A DNA stretch of 64,000 nucleotides from the NCBI GenBank assembly GCA_012295275.1, contig CM022671.1, positions 30,132,001 through 30,196,000 of the forward strand. The letters run 5' to 3'. Position numbers and translations under genes: made by a program. This document shows, piece after piece, positions 54,901 to 64,000 of the stretch. The notes beneath the pieces were generated by a model. It was not told the origin of the DNA. It did no database searches and saw only the letters and a list, made by a program, of their open reading frames with translations. Origin of the DNA: Chrysomallon squamiferum. Lineage: Eukaryota; Animalia; Mollusca. Numbering within the stretch: position 1 is the stretch's first letter; each line of letters begins with the position of its first letter.

Positions 54901-56259
54901 GGCTGTTTGAGAGAGGTCTAAAGAAACAGGAGACAGATAAAATACACAATGTGTCAATGAGTCGAATTCGACACTGCCTGCTCTGGTTAAGTGTAAATGT
55001 GAGATGAGGTTGGTAGTGATAAGTACTACATCTACAACTCTGGCCCAGCCACCAATCAGTTGAATTGTTCAAACAACTTGTTCACTTCTGCAAGAAGAAA
55101 CAATTTATAAGTGGTTGTTTTATCAGTTATGTTTAGAAGAATTTTTTTTTTTTTTTTTTTTTTTTAAAACAACTTGTTTGCATTTAGCATGAAGAAAGAA
55201 TCTTTAAGTAGTTAGAAGAATTTCATTTAGTTGATTTTTATTAATTATTTTTATTATTATTATTATTATTATTATCATCATCAGTTTATTTATTAAAAAA
55301 ATTCAGAAAAAATTTATTTTATTTAGAAAACTTTAGAATCTTTTTTAAAACAACTTAGAAAGAATTTCTAAGAAGTTATGTTTAACAGATTTTTACTTTT
55401 TACTTTTTTACTTTTTTTTTTTTTATTAAAACTCTAAAAAGAATTTTTAACTAGTTGTTATATCAGTTTTATTTAGTAGAATTATTTTTCAAGAAGAAAT
55501 CATTTACTAGTAGTTTTATTTAGTAGATTTTTGTTTATTTTCTTTTGCTTTGTTTTTTTTCAGTAAGTTCAGAAAGAATTTTTAAATATTAATATCAGTT
55601 TTATTAAGTAGATTATTTATTTTGTCATGTTCAAAAGATTTGATTAGTTCTTCAAAAAGACAGTATTTTTAATTTGTTTATATCAGTTTTATTTAAAAAT
55701 AATTTAAGTTCTGCAAGAAGAAACTGCAAGTTTTTTTAATAATAATTTCATTTAGAACACATTTTTCTTTTTGCAGTAAGTTTGACACAAAGAAAGCATT
55801 CATAACTGCTTGTCAAATGTTTCATTTATTAAAAAAAAATATATATATACTTGAGTATAAACTGGATATTCTTTTGGTTTGTATTTATCAAATATTTCAT
55901 AATTTTTATGTTTTGTTTTTAATAAAAGAGAAAGCTTTATTTATATTTATTATTATTATTTTTTAAACTATTAAATATAATACAAATGTTTTTGGAATTC
56001 ACAAAATAAATTTTAGAGTTTCAACATAAAAAAGTGACTGTAATTTCTTATATTAACTGATACTTCATTTATTTATTTTATACTTACAAAACACATTTTT
56101 CTAATAAAATATGACAAATTTAATAAGTATGTTATAATTAAAATTAAAGTAACTGATAGTTCAAATTCCATTTTATAAGAATAATTTTATCATCATCATC
56201 ATCATCAGTATTATTATTAATATTTAACAGCAAAACTCTTAAAATCAATTAAAACTTAC

Positions 56260-56520
56260 CTTTATTCTGCCACAGTTAATTTTTTTTTTCTTTTTAATAA
56301 TTTCACCAAAATTTAAATATCCACTTCCAACTAAACAACATGACCCATATCCATGTCCAGTTCCTTGGACTGGTCATATGCAAATGGCTTCACTGATTTA
56401 AAAAAAAAAATATCCTCTTGCCACAGAAAGAACAATGCTTGGTAAATATGAGGTGAAAACAAACAAACCATTAACACATTGACATTTGCAATTGACACCC
56501 AGGTGTTAATCTCTGTACAC
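56260..56520 (-). other. Putative non-coding 5' exon of the fibulin gene
   Basis: There is a strong donor AAAG|GTAAGT at 56260. The ATG-containing exon has an acceptor TTCTTGCAG at 55088-55089, so an upstream exon is implied. The 5' end is not defined. Confidence 0.4.
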
Positions 56521-56664
56521 ATGCGTCTGATTTCTTAAATAAACTCTTGTACAAGCAAAAACAAGACATTACTTTTATATCATGGGACGTTTTGGACATT
56601 GGAAAAAAATTAAAATAAAATAAAATTAAAAGATGAAAAAATTAAATACTACTACTACTACTAA

Positions 56665-56745
56665 TAATAATTTACACTGCATAACAATTATTTCATTTTG
56701 TTATTATAGAGATCAGGTACATAAATTTTTCAATTTCAAGTATGT

Positions 56746-56805
<60 letters not shown>

Positions 56806-56985
56806 TATAATAATTTAGACTGCACAACAATTATTTCATTGTTTATTATAGGGATCAGGTGCATATATTCTACAATTTCAAAATATAATAATAATAATAA
56901 TAATAATAATTTAACCTGCACAATTATTTCATTGTTTAATATAGCAATCAGGTGCATATATTCTTCAGTTTCAAGTTTGTCATAA
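56665..56985. repeat. Three diverged ~75-bp units separated by (AAT)n tracts
   Basis: Core AATTT...CTGCA.AACAATTATTTCATTG...ATAG..ATCAGGT.CATA.AT...AATTTCAA at about 56667, 56811 and 56908. Confidence 0.85.
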
Positions 56986-58308
56986 TAATAATAATAATGA
57001 TGATGATGATGATAATAATAATAGGCAACTTAAAACCTAAAAGTAAATATTTCTTTATTTTTATTTTATTATAATTTTTTTTTTTTTTTTTTATTAATTA
57101 ATTTATTTATTCTGAGTAAAGAAATTTAAAAAAAAAGTTATGATTTAATGTTTGTAGCATGTTAATATAAATTAAATTATAAAATAAAAATTTAAATAAA
57201 CCCAAAACAGTTTAAACTCTAAACAGTGCAAGGAATTCTGAGAGAGATAATAATTAGCATATGATATTATTATATATATAATACACCAGTGTATGTACCA
57301 AAACACTACAGTTTTGCAAGGAAAATAATGTTTACCTGTAAGGTAACAAAAGTTTACTGTCAATTCATTTTGATTATAACATGAATACAATAGATAAATA
57401 TATTTTTTATACATACACACATTACAGTACTTTTTAATAGTTTCATCAAAAAAGTGGAAGGAAAAAGAACAACAACTGATAAAGATAAATAAAAACAGTA
57501 AAAAAAATTGTCTTTTCATTTTTTTAATATCTTTTGTAAAATAAATACATTGTACAAATCAAAACATTCATTATATACAGAGTAATTTTCTTCTTAAAAA
57601 ATTTGTAAATTTATATACAATTTCATTTTTAAAAATCTTCCTCTCATGTTTTAACATGCAACTAATTTAATGTTAATTAAAAAACTATGAATAATTAGAA
57701 AATTATTCTTTGAGAATTATTTCAAATAATTATGTTAAAAATACAGTCAAGGAAGAATGAATGTATGAACAATGGAACAAATGTATAAACAAATGATTGA
57801 CTGTATGGAAGAAAAAAATGGAAAAGATAAAGAGACAAGCAAAGCAAAAGAAAGTAAGGAAGAAAGGAGCAGAATGAATGAAAGAAAAAGAAAGAAACAA
57901 ATGTTAAGAAAAAAAACTAAAAAAAAAGAAGTGCATATGTAAAAATTTTTACAAATAATACTGGCTTTTTGATTTCAGTTGTAGAACAAATTAATTATTA
58001 TTTTATTTTTTATTTTTAGTGTAAAAGTAAAAAGAAAATACATATAAGACTGAGTAGTCAATACAAAACACTCCGTCTAATTGTTTAACATTTCTTTAAA
58101 TTAAATGCATGCATAAAAAAGAGGAAAGAAACATCCATGCATCTACATGTAATTTTACTTTCATACTTTATTAGTAACAAAAACTATTAACTGTTGAACT
58201 AAACTGAATCCTAACAGAAATACAATACAACTGTGTAGTAATTTAACCAGCACTAATATATCTCTGCTTGTGTTATTTAATAATAAAATTATCTATACTA
58301 AATCACTG

Positions 58309-61300
58309 TCAACAGCCCTCTCCACCAGAAATACGTCTTCGCTTTGAATTCACTTCAGCAGTTCCTGTAAGAAAAAACTAAATTATTATTTATGATAATT
58401 TTAACAAACAAAGTTAAATACTTTAGCTGTTAACAGTTATGTGAAGGTATGCAAGTAAATATTCAGATAATTAATATTGATTCATACCTTCTTTTGAAAT
58501 TTTCCTCTGTTTGCTTCTTGTGTTGGGCAAATCATTTAAAATACTTTTACCTATAAGAGTATCTAGGTTTTCTGGATAAACTGTCTGACTCCAAATCTCT
58601 ATTTCTTCTGTAAATACAAAAAAAAATGTAACAATAAATTCTAGTAAATCATATAGAATGTATTATCTTCTAATATTTATAAGTGATGAATAAATAATTA
58701 AATCATTTTAGTAATTCAAGAGAATTAATGTACATCCTCCTTCTACTCAACTAAAACCCACTAACCAAAATGACCAGTTTATCAATACATCTACCCTTTT
58801 ATTGATGTAAGCCTCTAATTTATTAATTCAAAGTAAAAAGGAATTTCATTAAAATGAATCATCAAAGCAATTATTTGCTGGCTGTTTACTAAACGCTTTA
58901 TAAAAATAAACAAAAAACTTGTTATTTGAAACCGAAATCTTCTTTTTTAATATATATCCATTATGAATACATTTTTATATTATGTTTTATTTCTTGATAA
59001 CAATACTGTAAACTATAAGGTTTTATCAAAGGAACTGTCTGAACTGTAAAGAGATATAAAAATTCTTTCTTAGTACAAATGCAAACTCACCAAAGTCGTC
59101 TTCAGCAAATAATGGTTTTGTTATGTTGCTTCCTGGAATATGACTTATGGGTTCACCTTTTTGAAACATTGGTGTAGATGTTGCTACTGGCAACCCAAAA
59201 GCAGTGCTTTCGTTATTGACTTGCTGTTTATTTGATGAATTTTTTGTTTTAGGACTTGTTCCTTTTGGCACTGGTACTGAAAACACTGGAAAATGAAAAA
59301 TAATTTCATCAAAGTATTTATAATAGAAAACATCTATTTTGATAATGCTTAAAATAGTAATGTTCAAACAGAAGTGGCTTTATTAACACAAGATATTTAG
59401 AAAGTAAACCAAAGTCATATGTCTTTTGTTAAATAAAGGTGATGGGATAATATTTTTTTTTTAAACTGATAAAATTTTAACAGCTAAACAAGCTTTCAGT
59501 TAATGCTGGAATAAGGAAGGACTTTTCAGAAATTTAATTTTATATTTAAAAAAAAAAAAAACAATTTTTAAGTTTAATTTAGAGACAAATGATTAGATAG
59601 ATTAGAGACAAATGTATAAAAATACCATTTTGATTGTTTGTTTTGTCTGAAAGAGAAGACTTTCTCTTCAGTTTAGCTTTAAATTCTTCCTGTTTGATCC
59701 GTTGTCGAATAATTCTTTCCTGTCTTGCTCTTTCTTCTTCAGTTTTGTAATTACTGAAATTTTTTTTTTATATATTAAAATAAATACTATTTATTAGATT
59801 ATTTATTTTGGTGTGTATCCCACCTTTCTATGTGTGTCTGCATGTATGTGTGTATATAGTGTATGTGATATTATGCATATTATGTACAAACAATATCATA
59901 AAACATTTTTCTGATTACCAAACTTATATCTCTCTGTCTATCTGTCTTTCATCAACATGCATACCTCTGTTTATCTGTATATCTATCTAACACTACACTG
60001 TTAACACAACAAAAAGATAAATAATTATTAATACTAGTTAAGCTCCTTATATATCATTGTTTTAATCATTAAATCATTTTTATTTCTTCATATATGTAAA
60101 ATTTCTTATCAAAATAAGGACCTAGTCTATCAAGAACAGATACAATCACACATTTACTGACCCTTTAGCTAATATCTGTTCCACTGTTTCTCCATTCAGC
60201 ATCCCTTCACCTTTCTGTTCCTGGACTGTTCCCTCCAACACATTCTGTTTTTGAATACCTTTCTCAGTACCTGCATTTTCCTTTTTACACACACCAGTAC
60301 CTTCAGTAATTCTGTTCAACACAGGAATATCTTCTGAAAGTCTGGATCCATTTTCTGATCCTTTGTTCTCATCTGAATTCTGACCTTGCTCTTGTGGTCT
60401 GTGGTTGGTTGAAGATTGTGGTTGATTGGTAGATGTACATGGTGGAGGGTTTGGTTGATGGATAGAAGTAGATGATGGAGGATTTGTTTGATTGGTAGAT
60501 GTACATGGTGGAGGGTTTGGTTGATGGATAGAAGTAGATGATAGAGGATTTGTTTGATTGGTAGATGTACATGGTGGAGGGTTTGGTTGATGGATAGAAG
60601 TAGATGATGGAGGGTTTGTTCTGTTGACAGGAGTACATGGTGGAGGATTTGGTTGATTGGTAGATGTACATGGTGGAGGGTTTGGTTGATGGATAGAAGT
60701 AGATGATGGAGGGTTTGGCTGATTGGGTTTGGCTGATTTGGTTGATTAAATAATGGAGGGTTTGGATGATTGACAGTAGATTGGAGGGTTTGACAGAGAC
60801 TGAGGTTTTGATTTAATTTTGACAGAGACTGAGGTTGATTTAATTTTGTTTTTGTCTGTTGTCTGTTATATCGAGCTCTGCTAATGGTCTTGTCAATCAC
60901 TGCATGCTTCATTTCAGCAACATTACAAGCTTCTGGAGGCTAAACAAAATTTACAAAAAAGAAGTATCTACAGATTTTGTGTTTTAAATAATATAATGGT
61001 AATTAGGAATGATTGTTAATGAACCACATTTTTACAAATCTAAAACCTGTAAAGAATTAATGAGTGACTAAAAATAATAAAATATTTAATTTACCACTTT
61101 CCAAAATCAGAAACATAAAAGATACTACTCAGTCTAAAATTTATAAACATGCACTGAACATCCACACACACACACACAGAGCACTCACTTTCTTTCTCAC
61201 ACAAAAACATATACACAACATACATGCACATGCACACACATACATCTATGCACAAATTCAAAATTGAAAACTCACCGGTTTAGGAGCCTTACAGATAAAT

Positions 61301-62823
61301 TTTAAATAATCTTTGTTCCCAAGACAGTTTCCTAAACAGTTGCCAAAACTCCTGAAAATAAGAAATAAAATAAAACACAAAACCATTTCACATAAGTTTA
61401 TTAAATGTATTTTCTAAAAATTATAAGTATATTATTAATCAATGCTAATAAAATGTGATGCTTACCCCCAAAACAAGACTACATTAACAAGAAAGAATAA
61501 AAAAGAAAAAAAAACAACAACAAAAAAAAAATAATCATTTTTGTGTGAGTTTGTGGGGTGTATATATTGTTTGTTTTTATTATTATTTTGTATTTTTTAT
61601 ATATATATATATATACATATACATAATGTATGTGTGTATATATATAACAACTAACAATAATAATAATAAAAATAAATGTGTGTGTCTATGTGTATATACA
61701 TATATATATATAAATATATATATATATACTTATGTAAGTGTATATATAAAAATACAAAATAATAATAAATACAAACTTGAGAGCTCTCTTTAGTCCATCA
61801 GTAACTGCTTCTTTCCTGGCTTTTTCAATGGATAATGCTTTTGATCTCAACCCTTCACTAACACCATAGCCAATGTCTTCATGGTAAACACCATCCTGTA
61901 TTTAAACAGAATACCAAATTAAAAAAATATTTTTACTATTCTGTATTTATTATTGTATTTATTATTATTATTTATTATCATTATCATTATTATTTATTTA
62001 TTTTTTTTTTTATTTTATTTTGTTGGGTCGGACATACAACTAACTGAAAAAGAACACTAAGAACAGTAAATTTCCTCTTTCATTTCATTAAATTACAAAC
62101 AGTACTAATAATTCTTAACATATACACATATATTTTTTTTAAATCATAAAAGTTCAGATATTTTATTTTCTCTGTTAACGTCATAATAAAATGATCATGT
62201 AAGTAATATCCGAACAGAAAATACTAATTAATATTTGTTCTTAATACCTTCAGCTGCACCTTGACCAAAGCAGAGATGCCCACATAAAATCTTCCATTGT
62301 TGTGATCAACAAAATCTGAAAAAAAAAAGACATAATTATATTTATCTTTTTATCACTACATTCTATAGTTTAAATATATTTCATTTCATAACAAGATTTG
62401 AAGTTTTGCTTAGATATGTAAAATAATAAAAATCACAGGGTATATTTTATTAAAACTTATCAGATTCATACCCACAGTTTGTTGAGAAACTGAATGTGAC
62501 CATCCATTAAAACCAAATGTTTCATTTGCCAGGTTGATCAGGCGCCATCCCTCAATGTAGGCAAGCTGCAAAAATTATGAAAATTTAGAACCAAAAAGAT
62601 TCAAATAATAATAATAATAATAAATGTATTCTAATAACTATTATTATGATATCAACAGTATTTATTTACAACTTTCATCATAACACACAAACACAATATA
62701 CCTAAAGCTGCAAATGAAAATATCAAAATTTGGATTTTCAGTTTATTACTCACAAACCTCCACAGATGGAGAGCTCATTTGCCCATCTATTTATAAAACA
62801 TCCTCAACCAGCACTTATACATT

Positions 62824-62873
<50 letters not shown>

Positions 62874-63178
62874 CCTTCAGTCCTCCAGCTCCTTGTCTCT
62901 GACTGATAAACTCTGGACCAAGTTTCTGTCTTAGTGCAGACTGAATAGCTGCATGCTCTTCATTTGTAAATTCTTCCTGAATGTTATTGTGGAGAATGAG
63001 ACAGAGTGAGATATAATAACAAATAAATAAATAAATAAATAAATAACATTATTATGTTTTTTCCTCTTACCATTATTTTATTAACATAAAATGTAAAACT
63101 ATTATACTTTTATAGTATTAAATTTCAGTGTATATCAAATGACGTATGTACCTGTCCAAAAGTTGTTTTATGTTCCAT
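58309..63178 (-). CDS. RAD52: DNA repair protein RAD52, 11 exons, ~587 aa if a 1-bp frameshift near 60723 is corrected
   Basis: Exons: 63178-63152, 62976-62875, 62565-62472, 62315-62248, 61895-61777, 61351-61276, 60939-60162, 59753-59626, 59285-59091, 58607-58488, 58364-58309. N-terminal annealing domain: [80 protein letters not shown]. Later exons give [16 protein letters not shown] (resembles the RPA-binding RQK region) and a C-terminal basic NLS-like KRRR. Confidence 0.93.
60415..60740 (-). repeat. Coding minisatellite in RAD52 exon 7: 33-bp (11-aa) units forming 66-bp dimers
   Basis: About 9 units, mostly alternating [11 protein letters not shown] and [11 protein letters not shown]. Confidence 0.9.
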
Positions 63179-64000
63179 TGTTTCAGAGTATATTACACAT
63201 CGACTTCGTCTTCGGGCTCTTCTCTTTCACTATGTTGCTGGATGTTATTATTTTTATTTTTATTCATTAATTTATTTTTTAATAACTCATTATTGTTACA
63301 TTTAAACAGAGTACAGTCACTGAGTTAGTCAGTACTCAAAGTACAGTTCAGGAAGTTTGTATAAATTTAATGTAGTGAAAATCTATTCTCTAATTAGTTT
63401 TTAAATAAATGAAATATTATCGATAAAAACAAGGAAAGGAATTATTATTTACACCGAATTCATTAACCTGAGTAATTATTCATAATTACAATATTGACAT
63501 TGTTTACAACACTGAATTCGAAGATTGAATTTCGCGCTTCTGAAGCAATGTCTTTTCAGGTTCATTTAGCATCAGTCCGTTTGATGACACTACAAAATCA
63601 TAATACAAATTTTGTTTATCAGTTGTCATAATTATTAGATTTTAAGTAGCTTTTTCTTTCTCCCCAAATTTTAATTAAAATATTAATTATTCTTATTTTC
63701 ATAACAAAACTGTACAAGCCGGAACTACATTTCAGGAACAGGAAGTAGCAAATACTTGTTTTCTTTCTATATAATATTTACTACATAGAAGGTAACACAT
63801 ACAAAAAATCGATGTTATATGCAAGGTTTTTTGTGTGTATAATTATATGTGAACGTTTTTTATCAGGTGATAAATAAATCGCACAAACAAAAATGTTTTA
63901 AAGATAATACAGTATGCCTTATATATATGTATTACTGCTATAATAAATAAATAAGCAAAGAAATAAATAAATATCATCAGCACAATGAAAAAGGCTAATT

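Noticed and set aside
60316-60912. His/Leu-rich 198-aa ORF as a novel metal-binding protein
   Set aside because: It is RAD52 exon 7 read past the frameshift; the Pro/Ser/Thr frame is the one that joins the downstream conserved exons.
63183-63200. Six-codon uORF (MCNIL*) just before the RAD52 ATG
   Set aside because: Short uORFs arise often by chance in AT-rich UTRs and the TSS is unknown.

Overview
AT-rich, microsatellite-dense animal genomic DNA with spliceosomal introns. It is an invertebrate bilaterian; mollusc-like is my inference only. I reconstructed four intron-containing genes by hand from splice sites and reading phase: ATXN10 (-, 24420-30281, 9 exons, last intron U12-type), HSD17B10 (+, 30448-33739, 5 exons, head-to-head with ATXN10 across 166 bp), a fibulin-1/2-like gene (-, 35738-54900) with two mutually exclusive C-terminal domain III ends resembling fibulin-1C and -1D, and RAD52 (-, 58309-63178, 11 exons, with a Pro/Ser/Thr coding minisatellite and an apparent 1-bp frameshift). 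The first ~18.8 kb has no recognisable coding exon but holds CpG-containing islands with recurring motifs, consistent with a cis-regulatory gene desert. The main points of interest are: (1) gene order and orientation match a merge of the human 22q13 (FBLN1-ATXN10-WNT7B) and Xp11 (RIBC1-HSD17B10) segments, with RAD52 linking to 12p13, which predicts a Wnt7 gene to the left; (2) the C/D alternative last exons; (3) tandem duplications anchored on both fibulin stop codons and on splice sites; (4) the U12 intron. Family assignments come from recalled sequence motifs, not from database searches.
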